Positions 28,514 through 37,192 of a stretch of DNA of 64,000 nt are shown here, in pieces. The DNA is taken from contig CAZXCI010000001.1 of assembly GCA_964639285.1 (NCBI GenBank), positions 42,343-106,342 on the forward strand. The letters run 5' to 3'. The notes beneath the pieces are model-generated. The model had not been told where the DNA came from and did not search any database. It saw only the letters and a list, made by a program, of their open reading frames with translations. A program made the position numbers and the translations under genes. This stretch comes from an uncultured Candidatus Saccharibacteria bacterium (GTDB lineage: Bacteria > Patescibacteriota > Minisyncoccia > Phycocordibacterales > XYD1-FULL-46-19). Positions within the stretch are counted from its first letter, which is position 1. Every line of letters starts with the position of its first letter.

Positions 28514-29458
28514 ATGAAAAAAAATATATTGTTCTTTATCGGATTGTTTGTCGCCATAATTTTAGTCGCTTTGGTTATGGCCTTTGTTCAAGTTGGTCTC
28601 CCTTCAAAGTATCAAACTCTTTCTAGGGTTGGTTTTGGTGGGAGTATAACTGAGAGTTTTGCTCCTAGTTCTAAAATGGCGGTTTCTGATCGGATGGCTG
28701 TTTCTCCTGCTTCAGCCTCAACTCCTAATATCTCTCGCAAAGTGACTAAGACAGGAAATCTTAGCATCCTTGTCGACACAGCCGAGACGGCTGTTCAGAA
28801 TATTCAGGCTATCGCTGAGAGTGTCGCTGGTTATGTTAGCGATTCAACCCTATATGAGGTTACTCCTGGTGTTAAGGCGGGGGCGATTACCATTCGTGTT
28901 CCGGCCGACAAATTTGATCAGACGATCAATCGTGTTAAAGACTTGGCCGTGAAGGTGGAGAGTGAGAATATCAATGCCAATGATGTCACCGAACAATTCA
29001 TCGACCTCGAAGCTCGTTTGAAGAATCTTGAAGCTCAGGAAGCTCAGTATCTTGATATTTTAAAAAAGGCCAGTGAGGTTGAAGATGTTTTGAAAATTAC
29101 TAATCAGTTAAACCAAGTTCGCCAACAAATTGACTCTTGGCAAGGGCAACTTAAATATCTTAATGACCAAATTGACCTCTCGACCATCACTGTCAATCTT
29201 ACCGCCGAAAAAGAAGTTCAAATTTGGGGATTAAATTGGCGCCCCATTACCGTCGTTAAGCAGGCGGTCCGTTCTCTTCTTAACGGTTTGGTTAGTTATG
29301 TCAATATAATTATTGCGGTGGCGATTTATCTACCAGTAATTCTTGTTTGGGTGATCACCTTCTTGGTTGTTGCCTGGATTTTCTGGACGGTTGTTAAGTG
29401 GCTTAAGAATCGAACTAAGCCTACAATTAAGAAGAAAGCCAAGAAAACAAGCGTTTAG
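28514..29458 (+). CDS. DUF4349-like membrane protein (signal anchor, coiled coil, C-terminal TM pair)
   Basis: N-terminal TM. Central coiled-coil ELEARLKNLEAQEAQYLDILKKA...QLNQVRQQIDSWQGQLKYLNDQIDL. Two C-terminal TM helices and a basic tail. This is the typical DUF4349 architecture. Confidence 0.5.
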   Translation: MKKNILFFIGLFVAIILVALVMAFVQVGLPSKYQTLSRVGFGGSITESFAPSSKMAVSDRMAVSPASASTPNISRKVTKTGNLSILVDTAETAVQNIQAIAESVAGYVSDSTLYEVTPGVKAGAITIRVPADKFDQTINRVKDLAVKVESENINANDVTEQFIDLEARLKNLEAQEAQYLDILKKASEVEDVLKITNQLNQVRQQIDSWQGQLKYLNDQIDLSTITVNLTAEKEVQIWGLNWRPITVVKQAVRSLLNGLVSYVNIIIAVAIYLPVILVWVITFLVVAWIFWTVVKWLKNRTKPTIKKKAKKTSV

Positions 29459-29502
29459 GGTAGCACTTTCTTTGGGCTCTTTCTCGTGTATAATGTAGTT
29501 CT

Positions 29503-30945
29503 ATGTCATATAAGCCAACGATTGGCCTGGAGATTCATGTGGAGTTGAAGACAGCGACGAAAATGTTTTGTCGTTGCCTTAATGACCAAGAAGGCCTGCT
29601 TGCCGGTAGGCAGGAAAAACCCAATACTAATATCTGCCCGGTTTGTACCGCTCAGCCGGGAGCTTTGCCGGTTATCAACAAGGAAGCGGTGAGGCATGTC
29701 TTGCGCGTTGGCGTGGCCCTCGACGGTCAGCTTGCTGACTTCACCGAGTTTGACCGCAAGAATTATTTTTACCCCGATATTCCTAAGGGTTATCAGATTA
29801 GCCAATATAAGTATCCTCTCGTCTCTGGCGGTGAATTAGGTGGAGTGAAGATAACGAGGATTCATCTCGAAGAAGATACGGCCAAATCAACTCACAGTGG
29901 GGGAGTCGACGAGAGTTATGTTGACTTCAATCGCTCTAGTCTTCCCCTGATGGAACTGGTTACTGAACCGGTTATTCATGACGGGAAAACGGCTTCTCGT
30001 TTTGCTAAGGAATTACAGACTCTCATGCGTTATCTCGGTGCCTCGGAAGCCAATATGGAGAAGGGGCAGATGCGTTTGGAGGCGAATATTTCTGTCTCCG
30101 AGACGGATCAGCTGGGGACCAAAGTTGAGGTGAAGAATCTTAACTCTTTTCGTTCTGTCGAACGAGCTATTGATTTCGAAATTGAACGCCAGATTAAAGA
30201 ATTAGAAAAAGGTGGTAAGATCGTACAGGAAACTCGCGGTTGGGATGAGAACAAACAAATTACCTTCAGCCAGCGCCTGAAGGAGTCTTCTCATGATTAT
30301 CGTTATTTCCCTGATCCTGATTTGCCCAAACTTTTCTTGAGTGAGATTCCTGAGTTTAGTTTAGAAGCGATCAAGAAGTCTTTGCCGGAGTTGCCTTGGC
30401 AGAAGCGCCAACACTTTACCGAAACTTTTGGTCTTAAGGGTGAAGATGTGGAAGTCTTCGTGCAGAATCATAAATTGGCCGAATTTTTCACCGAAGTAGC
30501 TGAGGGCTTTGATCTTAGTTTAGAAACAGCCAAGGCCTATCTTCAGACGGCGGCAAATTATATTACCTCCGATCTCTTAGGTTTGGTAGCTGATACAGAG
30601 GATTACACTTTGCCAGATACTAAGCATTATGCGGATTTGATTAAGATGGTTAGCGAGAAAGAAGTTTCTTCGCGTGGGGCCAAAGATATTCTAGCGGTAA
30701 TGATTAAAGAAGGAGGGGATCCGCGGGAAATTGCTGAAGCCAGAGGTCTCTTCCAAGTTCATGATGAGAGTGCCATCCTGGCGATTGTTGATAAAGTCAT
30801 TGCCGACAATCAGGATGTCTTCGCCGAATTCAAGGGGGGCAAGGAGAAATCACTCCAATTCCTCATTGGTCAAGCGATGAAGGAGAGCCGTGGCTCCGCC
30901 AATCCCGAAATTCTCAAAAAATTGTTTGAAGCGAAAGTAAATTAA
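29503..30945 (+). CDS. gatB: Aspartyl/glutamyl-tRNA(Asn/Gln) amidotransferase subunit B
   Basis: IGLEIHVELKT.TKMFCRC...CPVCTAQPGALPV and the C-terminal YqeY-like domain. Confidence 0.9.
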   Translation: MSYKPTIGLEIHVELKTATKMFCRCLNDQEGLLAGRQEKPNTNICPVCTAQPGALPVINKEAVRHVLRVGVALDGQLADFTEFDRKNYFYPDIPKGYQISQYKYPLVSGGELGGVKITRIHLEEDTAKSTHSGGVDESYVDFNRSSLPLMELVTEPVIHDGKTASRFAKELQTLMRYLGASEANMEKGQMRLEANISVSETDQLGTKVEVKNLNSFRSVERAIDFEIERQIKELEKGGKIVQETRGWDENKQITFSQRLKESSHDYRYFPDPDLPKLFLSEIPEFSLEAIKKSLPELPWQKRQHFTETFGLKGEDVEVFVQNHKLAEFFTEVAEGFDLSLETAKAYLQTAANYITSDLLGLVADTEDYTLPDTKHYADLIKMVSEKEVSSRGAKDILAVMIKEGGDPREIAEARGLFQVHDESAILAIVDKVIADNQDVFAEFKGGKEKSLQFLIGQAMKESRGSANPEILKKLFEAKVN

Positions 30946-30964
30946 ACGTGTTAATATATTAATA

Positions 30965-33430
30965 ATGGAAAACTCGCGAGAGGATAAATCTGCGGAAAAT
31001 AAAGAAGGCCTCAATTTCTATGAGGTAGCTCAAAGACGAAGAGATCTAAGACAGGAATTAAAGAGAGTTAGGCCCGAACTCGATAACCAGGATCCGCTCC
31101 TTGATCGGGCTTATAAGGAACCACTGGCTGAGGTTGAGGAACAAGCCTCTCGTTTCAAAATCGCTGATTTCAAAAAGCCAGAAAATTCCTCTGGTTTGAG
31201 AGGGGCCATAGATTTTCTTAAAGGACAAAAAGCTTCTTACGAAAAGTCTTTGGAATCAGAAACTTCTCCGGCTATTGCCCCAGAATTAGCCGAGGTTCTC
31301 AGGATGAAAGAGATTGTCAAAAGATATAAAGAATTTCGTCTTCGTCGAATGCTGGAAATTCTTGATCGAAGCATCTCGCCCACCACCAGAAAAAGGAATG
31401 AGTCAATTTTGCGTCTAATCACAGAGGAAATCAAAAATAGTGAAGAAGCCCTACAAAAAATGGATCTTCCTCTCCTTCGCCAAGCGGAGCTTCTGGGCTA
31501 TAAAGAAGACTTGGCGCGCAGTGGTCATATTTGTATTACTCCCAGTGTGGCCAAAGATTTGGAGGCGATCGGGGATCGAATGCTTACGGGCAAACCGATT
31601 CTCCTTCATGGACCAACGGGGACGGGTAAAACTTCCTTGGCTCGTTTTGCCACAGCTCATTTTATGGGGAAGGATCCGGAGATGGTCTTTTGTAATCCGC
31701 AAACGAAACAATCAGATGTCTACGGTAAAACCGGACTTCGCGCTGTTCCTGGTGGGGAGGGAGCGATTGAAACAGTCGAGATATATGGTCCGCTAGCTCG
31801 AGCGATGATTGAAGGAAAGCCTGTTATCTTCGACGAGTTCACCGCTTTGCCAAAAGAGCAAATGGTCTTCATCAAGGGAATTTTTAATGCCAAAATCGGG
31901 GACAAAATAAATATTAGTGGGAATGGGGTTGTTGAAATCAAGCCTGGTTTCCAAATGATTTTCACGGCGAATTTGAAATCAGAGAAAAATCCAGAGAGAC
32001 AGGATCTTCCGCCAGAAATTGCTCGCGAGTTTGAACAAAATAATCTAGAAATTAAATACAATGACCCGGCCGAGACTTATGACATCATCCTCTCACGTCT
32101 CTTGGGAAAAGATGATTCCTTAGAACTCTCTTTCTTTGATTTGAATACTACTTTGCCTAAATTATGTGAGGCTATGTCTGAAATCCAAGAGTCTTACACC
32201 AACGAAACAGATAAAGAAGTAGCTCGTCGAGCGGGAGCAATGGATGCTTCTGGTAAGGTTTATTCTTTGAAAAAATTTGTGATGACTCAGGGCTCGATTG
32301 AGGCCATCTTATCTTCGTGGTTGGTTGAGAAGCAAACGGGTAAAAAGGAGAGAAGTTTTTCGGAATTCTTAGATGAACGTCTGAAGACGGCTTTAACTTT
32401 CAAAGAGTACCCTAAAGAGGATAGAATTTTGGCGGCTAAAATCTTAGCCTCTAAGGGTTTCTTATTGACACTCACGGCCAAAGATCTTGATTTGCCGGAG
32501 GATATATTTAGTTTTAATACCATCAGGCAAATGCGCGGAGAAGATGCGACTGAAGAATTAAAAAATAAATCAGGAGACGTTAAACGGCTTAATTTGCGCG
32601 AAGTGGCCGAATTGGATCCCTTCAACAAGAGAGCTAACATGCTAAGACAACAGGCGGAAGATCTCCTCGGCCTCGGTGATCGAGAAGGGGATCCTTTTTT
32701 GAGTGATTTTGACAGAGCGTTTGGGGGAGTTTTTGCTGGAGAGAAAAAGGGTATTATTTCCACCCCCTTCACCTACACCAACCCCGACACTAACCAGGTG
32801 GAACTCCAAGAAACCATCACTCTTGATCTCGAAGCTAAACTCCAATCAACTCTCGCTTTCTACCAATCCATCAACCTTGATATTCCCCCTGACTTTGAAG
32901 ACCAAATCCGTGACATCTGGTCTCGTCATCAAGACGAGATTGAACAAGCCATTGCTACCCAAGGCTTCAATGACCTTCTCCTCCTTCCCCCCACCCCTAA
33001 TCTCCCAGACTTAGCAAACAAAACCGAGATGGAACAAGGCTACTGGACTTCCGACAACTTCACCGAAGGTGGCGGTTTCGCCCAAGCCAAGAGCCAAAAC
33101 ACTAACCAAACCCGTCTTCTCTTAGTCCACCACACCCAAAATCTCCAAGACCACCCTCTCCTCAAGCAAACTCTCAATATCAAGGGCCAAGACGTTAACT
33201 TAAGTGAAGCCCTCACCTTAGAAGACTACCTTCTCTTCCAGAGACAATATTTTGCTCAAAACAACAAACACTTAGATGAAGACGGCTGGACCTGGCTAGC
33301 CACTCATTCCGGCCCTCGCCTGGTCTGCGCCCGCTGGTTTCCTGGCGATCACCGGCTCCGCGTCGATGCGGGTGACCTCACCAGCCAGGATGGCTATCTC
33401 GGTGTCCGCCCCACCCGCTGTTTCTTGTGA
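30965..33430 (+). CDS. DGR target protein 1: AAA+ (MoxR/CobS-like, AAA_5) ATPase fused to C-terminal C-type-lectin-fold variable domain
   Basis: Walker A ILLHGPTGTGKTSLARFA, Walker B PVIFDEFTAL. The C-terminal 225 aa are identical to the tail of ORF 37193-38155 and end in VR1 (GPRLVCARWFPGDHRLRVDAGDLTSQDGYLGVRPTRCF). Confidence 0.75.
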   Translation: MENSREDKSAENKEGLNFYEVAQRRRDLRQELKRVRPELDNQDPLLDRAYKEPLAEVEEQASRFKIADFKKPENSSGLRGAIDFLKGQKASYEKSLESETSPAIAPELAEVLRMKEIVKRYKEFRLRRMLEILDRSISPTTRKRNESILRLITEEIKNSEEALQKMDLPLLRQAELLGYKEDLARSGHICITPSVAKDLEAIGDRMLTGKPILLHGPTGTGKTSLARFATAHFMGKDPEMVFCNPQTKQSDVYGKTGLRAVPGGEGAIETVEIYGPLARAMIEGKPVIFDEFTALPKEQMVFIKGIFNAKIGDKINISGNGVVEIKPGFQMIFTANLKSEKNPERQDLPPEIAREFEQNNLEIKYNDPAETYDIILSRLLGKDDSLELSFFDLNTTLPKLCEAMSEIQESYTNETDKEVARRAGAMDASGKVYSLKKFVMTQGSIEAILSSWLVEKQTGKKERSFSEFLDERLKTALTFKEYPKEDRILAAKILASKGFLLTLTAKDLDLPEDIFSFNTIRQMRGEDATEELKNKSGDVKRLNLREVAELDPFNKRANMLRQQAEDLLGLGDREGDPFLSDFDRAFGGVFAGEKKGIISTPFTYTNPDTNQVELQETITLDLEAKLQSTLAFYQSINLDIPPDFEDQIRDIWSRHQDEIEQAIATQGFNDLLLLPPTPNLPDLANKTEMEQGYWTSDNFTEGGGFAQAKSQNTNQTRLLLVHHTQNLQDHPLLKQTLNIKGQDVNLSEALTLEDYLLFQRQYFAQNNKHLDEDGWTWLATHSGPRLVCARWFPGDHRLRVDAGDLTSQDGYLGVRPTRCFL

Positions 33431-33478
33431 GGTTAGGTTGTATTTTTGATTTTGGTTATTGTTTGAGATTTTTGGTTT
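32765..33478 (+). repeat. 714-bp direct repeat copy A (C-terminal variable domain + VR + 3' flank)
   Basis: Identical to 37490-38203 where compared: the protein tail is identical over 225 aa, alternative-frame translations are identical, and the VR and 55 bp downstream are identical. Confidence 0.85.
33311..33423 (+). other. DGR variable repeat VR1
   Basis: 113-bp homology to TR (33702-33814). All 18 mismatches fall at positions where TR has adenine. GC-rich 3' end ggtgtccgccccacccgctgttt (IMH-like). Confidence 0.85.
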
Positions 33479-33701
33479 ATTTTTTAAAAATTCTTCGGTG
33501 AGTATGATTGATCTGACTTAGGGTCGGTCTGCCGAAGCGCTCAATAAAACTGAAGCTGGATTTGTTTTGAGAGCAAATTCATAAAGTCTTGATCTGTTAG
33601 AGTGGAAATAAAAGAAACAGCAGTTTTGCCTTGGGGAAGTGCCCTGATAAACGAAGTATTGTTTCCAAGAGAGCGGGGATAAAGCAAAACTAATGTGGGA
33701 C

Positions 33702-33814
33702 GGCCCTCGCCTGGTCAACGCCAACTGGAATCCTGACAATCACCAGCTCAACGTCAATGCGAATGACCTCACCAACCAGAATAGCAATCTCGGTGTCCGC
33801 CCCACCCGCTGTTT
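33702..33814 (+). other. DGR template repeat (TR)
   Basis: Encodes an AAY-rich template (GPRLVNANWNPDNHQLNVNANDLTNQNSNLGVRPTRCF). The listed ORF 33693-33998 is this template, not a gene. Confidence 0.85.
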
Positions 33815-34189
33815 TTATGCCAAGTTTCGAGAATATTTTATCCAACCTTGGGTCATCCGACCTATTTCTTGGAGTTTACTCTCAATCTCTAAATATTGCT
33901 TAGTGTCTATGATTTGGCAATTTAGAGAAAGGCGAAAAAGGATTTTGAGCAGTTCCACTTTAGTATTGGCTCGGAGGAGGACTTTTTCTTTTTCGTAGCG
34001 GGAGGATTGATTAGCTAGAGTAAAAATTTCCATTGATTCCAAAAGGGAATTTTCTAGTTTTTCTCCTAGGGTGTAACGCTCGTGTTTGGGAAATTTGAAG
34101 ATTAATTTGTGCGTAATCTCGTATAAGACGAGAAGTTTGATAACAATTGGTATCTCTAATTTTGAATAATCACAATGGCCGTTGTCCAT
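33815..34189 (-). CDS. avd: Avd-like accessory variability determinant (four-helix-bundle protein, TIGR02436-like)
   Basis: 124 aa. DYSKLEIPIVIKLL...FPKHERYTLGEKLENSLLE...ANTKVELLKILFRLSLNCQIIDTKQYLEIESKLQEIGRMTQGWIK matches the bAvd/IVS-protein pattern. On the opposite strand to RT, with a 15-bp overlap of their 5' ends. Confidence 0.65.
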   Translation of the reverse strand: MDNGHCDYSKLEIPIVIKLLVLYEITHKLIFKFPKHERYTLGEKLENSLLESMEIFTLANQSSRYEKEKVLLRANTKVELLKILFRLSLNCQIIDTKQYLEIESKLQEIGRMTQGWIKYSRNLA

Positions 34190-35155
34190 AAAAGTTATGA
34201 CGAATTATTTAGCCTTTATAATCTTTTTCGTGCCTGGAGGAAGTTTCGGCGGGGCAAGACCAGAAAAAAAGATATTCTGGATTACGAATTGCATTTGGAA
34301 GACAACCTCTTTAATTTATATGAAGCTTTATGCCAGGATATTTACGAACATTCAGCTTATCAATATTTTCAAATTTTTGACAATAAAAAGAGGGATATCT
34401 CTAAAGCGGAGGTGAGAGATAGAATTGTCCACCAAATTATTTATGATTATATACTTGGTATCTTTGAACCAGACTTTATATCCGATTCTTATGCTTCCAG
34501 ATTAAATAAAGGATCATACAAAGCTCTCGGGGCTTTTCAGTACTTTATCAAACTTAATCATTACTCTCAAAAAACTTGCTTTGTTCTGAAGTGCGATGTT
34601 AAAAAATATTTTGATAACATTAGTCACGAGATCCTTCTCCGTCTGATTAAAGAAAGAGTTGTTGATGATAAAGTATTTTTTATTATTCAAAAAATAATAA
34701 AAAGTTATTCTTCCGGTGATAATCGAGGTATTCCTCTTGGCAATATCACGAGCCAGATTTTTGCTAACATTTACCTCAATCAACTGGATCATTATGTTAA
34801 AAAAGAATTAGGTTGCCGTTTTTATGTTAGGTACAACGATGATTTTGTCATTCTTTCAGAATCTTCCCGTTGACTGGAAGAAATCCGAAGCAAAATAATT
34901 GCTTTTTCAGAAGAAGAGTTATCTCTAAATATTCCTCTTGGAAAAACAAGTTTGAGGAAAATAACTTGGGGCGTGGATTTTCTCGGATTTACTGTCCTGC
35001 CGGGGGCGATTCTCTTAAGAGACAAGACGAAAAGTAAGATGTTTGCCAATATTAGCTCACGTAATATCCATTCATATTTTGGCATTTTAAAGCACTGTAA
35101 TTCTTATAACCTGAGGCGGAAGATACTCTCAATGGATAAACTGGACAGAGTTTGA
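34175..35155 (+). CDS. DGR reverse transcriptase (single frame interrupted by one in-frame TGA at 34871-34873)
   Basis: N-terminal SYDELFSLYNLFRAWRKFRRGK. RT motif IPLGNITSQIFANIYLNQLDHYV. YVRYNDDFVIL (YxDD). After the TGA the same frame continues into the thumb region ...WGVDFLGFTV... ending at 35155. Total 326 codons. Confidence 0.85.
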
Positions 35156-35167
35156 TAAAATATTGGC

Positions 35168-37171
35168 ATGGAAGAGCCTAATGATATCGAGACAAAAAAT
35201 GGAGAGGATATATCCCCAGAGACAGAAAATGCCCACGCTGAGGCGGTGGCCTTGGTGGAGAAAAATCGCGACTTTTTTGAACATTACGCTAAGGGGAAGA
35301 TTCAAATTGAACCGGCACCGGCGGGGCTGGGGACTTTTGCCTTTGATCTAGAAAAAAATACGATTTATCTCAACTCGCTTTTTTTTCAAAAAATGGGGTT
35401 GCCCGAAGAGAAAACAATTTTTGCTACTCTCCACGAGATCGAGCACTTTATGGAAAAAATCCAAATTCTCTCGGAGGAAGGCGGGCAAAGAACTTTTACC
35501 AAATTTCTCTCCCGTCTTAAGGCCTCGCGTGCTTTCTCTTTGATAGATAATTGTGTGGCTGATATCAGGCAGAATCGAGCGGTTATCTCAAAAACCAATA
35601 GAGGGATGGCTGAGCTGGAGACGACGATGTACCAGGAAGATCTTTTTGCGGAAACCGATTTTCTTGCCCGACCTCGACATATTCAATTTAGTGAAGCGCT
35701 TTTGCGGGAATCGCGAGTGCCGAGTGAGAAGTGCCAAGTGGCGCCCGAAGTGAGACAGGCGCTGGAAGAAATAGCCAAAGTTTCCAATCTGTTGGAAGTG
35801 ATGACCAATCCGGAGACTCCGATGTCTTTACGCTTGAAATTGCAAGACAAATTTATCTGGCCCAAGGTGCAAGCTCTTTTGGATCAAGACATTGAAGAGA
35901 AGAAAAAACAAAAGGAAGAAGATAAAAAGAAAAAAGGAGGCGCCGATACTCTCGATGGAGCGGAAGGGGCGGAAGGCGGTGCGGGCGATGGGGGAGCCGG
36001 CGAAAATGATAATAAAGAAAGAGGGAAAAAAGGAGGAGATAACAAAGCTCAAACAGAAGACGGGGAAGAGAGTCAGGGAGGAGAAGGAGAGAGTAAGGCG
36101 GGTGGCGAAAATGATGAAGAAGAAACTGATCCCAACAAAATTTTTGCAAAGGATTATGAGGAGGCCGAGAGCAAATTCCCTGAGGCCGTTCCGTTAGAGA
36201 AAATTGAGGAGGCCTTCAAAAAATGGCAAGAGGCGCAAAAAAACCAAAATACCCCCGACCAGGCTGATGAAGCCTACGCCCAAAATCTTGGCGTGAAGAA
36301 GGAAGCCTTACAAAATTATCGTCGACTAGTTGAGTCCCTGGAGAAAATTGTGAATCCTGAAACTGATATGCCCGTGATTGAAGAATTGCGGAATCTTTTT
36401 AATCGGATAATCTCCAAGAGACTTAAATTGGCCCAAGCTCCTAAATACCCGGTATCGGAGGGGGACGAGTTAGTTGACCCGGCGCAATTGGTGGCCGACG
36501 TTAAAGCGGGGAATTTTGAGCCCAAGGTCTGGGAAGATGTAGAGATCAAGGAAAAGAAGGGTGACAAATTCGGCGAAGTGGAGATCACTCTTATCTGTGA
36601 CCGTTCTGGTTCGATGAATGGGGTTAAAGCGGAGGAACAAAGAAAGTCGGCAGTCTTAGTGATGGAGGCACTGAAAGAATTTGCCGAACTTTGCGAGCAG
36701 GAAAAAATAAATATTGATAAACCTTTGGAAGTTAGATCAGAGATTTACAGCTTTGCCAGTAGTGAGGATGACGACAAACCACTGAAGAAGATGTCCCCGG
36801 AGCTAGGCGAGGTCGAGCGGATAAATGTTTTAGAGAAGCTCAAAGAGATAACTGGTTCCACCACCGATTTTCGTTGTTTGGAAGCGATTGCCGCTAATCT
36901 CTCAGAAGAAATCAGGATCAAATTAAAAATTGCGGAATTGAAAAAGATCGTGATTGTCTTCACTGATGGCGAGAGCGACGATCCGGTTCGAACCCAAGTG
37001 AATCTTAAGAATTTACGCGACAACGGCGTTTTTGTTATCGGTGTGGGCATCACTTCCGCTGGTCAATCAGTTTTATCAACCTATGCGCCTGAAGCTCAAG
37101 TGGTGGAAGATGTCTCTCGTCTGCCCCTTGTTTTGGCCGAGCTTCTCAAGGAGCATTTACATAATCTCTAA
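35168..37171 (+). CDS. vWA-domain protein with N-terminal HExxH region and acidic low-complexity linker (CobT-like partner of the AAA ATPase)
   Basis: HEIEHF (HExxH). A long E/K/G/D-rich linker (KKKQKEEDKKKKGGADTLDGAEGAEGG...). MIDAS DxSxS in EITLICDRSGSMNG. Von Willebrand A fold at the C-terminus. Confidence 0.7.
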   Translation: MEEPNDIETKNGEDISPETENAHAEAVALVEKNRDFFEHYAKGKIQIEPAPAGLGTFAFDLEKNTIYLNSLFFQKMGLPEEKTIFATLHEIEHFMEKIQILSEEGGQRTFTKFLSRLKASRAFSLIDNCVADIRQNRAVISKTNRGMAELETTMYQEDLFAETDFLARPRHIQFSEALLRESRVPSEKCQVAPEVRQALEEIAKVSNLLEVMTNPETPMSLRLKLQDKFIWPKVQALLDQDIEEKKKQKEEDKKKKGGADTLDGAEGAEGGAGDGGAGENDNKERGKKGGDNKAQTEDGEESQGGEGESKAGGENDEEETDPNKIFAKDYEEAESKFPEAVPLEKIEEAFKKWQEAQKNQNTPDQADEAYAQNLGVKKEALQNYRRLVESLEKIVNPETDMPVIEELRNLFNRIISKRLKLAQAPKYPVSEGDELVDPAQLVADVKAGNFEPKVWEDVEIKEKKGDKFGEVEITLICDRSGSMNGVKAEEQRKSAVLVMEALKEFAELCEQEKINIDKPLEVRSEIYSFASSEDDDKPLKKMSPELGEVERINVLEKLKEITGSTTDFRCLEAIAANLSEEIRIKLKIAELKKIVIVFTDGESDDPVRTQVNLKNLRDNGVFVIGVGITSAGQSVLSTYAPEAQVVEDVSRLPLVLAELLKEHLHNL

Positions 37172-37192
37172 TCTCGTAATATAATACCCCAT

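Larger units (their letters stand above)
33311..35155 (+). mobile_element. Diversity-generating retroelement cassette (VR1 - TR - avd(-) - RT)
   Basis: Adenine-specific TR/VR mismatch pattern plus an adjacent reverse transcriptase with YxDD and an Avd-like accessory gene. Confidence 0.8.

Noticed and set aside
33693-33998. Listed + strand ORF (101 aa, MWDGPRLVNANWNPDNHQLNVNAN...) as a protein-coding gene
   Set aside because: Its first 38 codons are the DGR template repeat, a non-coding RNA template with AAY-rich composition. The remainder runs antisense through the avd gene. Treated as TR, not CDS.
34871-34873. In-frame TGA in the RT as evidence of alternative genetic code (UGA=Gly, code 25, as in Gracilibacteria/SR1)
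   Set aside because: Many well-supported genes in this window terminate at TGA, including ATGA start/stop overlaps at 1170-1173, 3375-3378 and 41295-41298, and TGA at the end of target genes. The standard code fits.
35892-36197. Lysine-rich + strand ORF (MKRRKNKRKKIKRKKEAPIL...)
   Set aside because: It is an alternative-frame reading of the GA-rich acidic linker inside the vWA protein gene, i.e. a low-complexity artefact.
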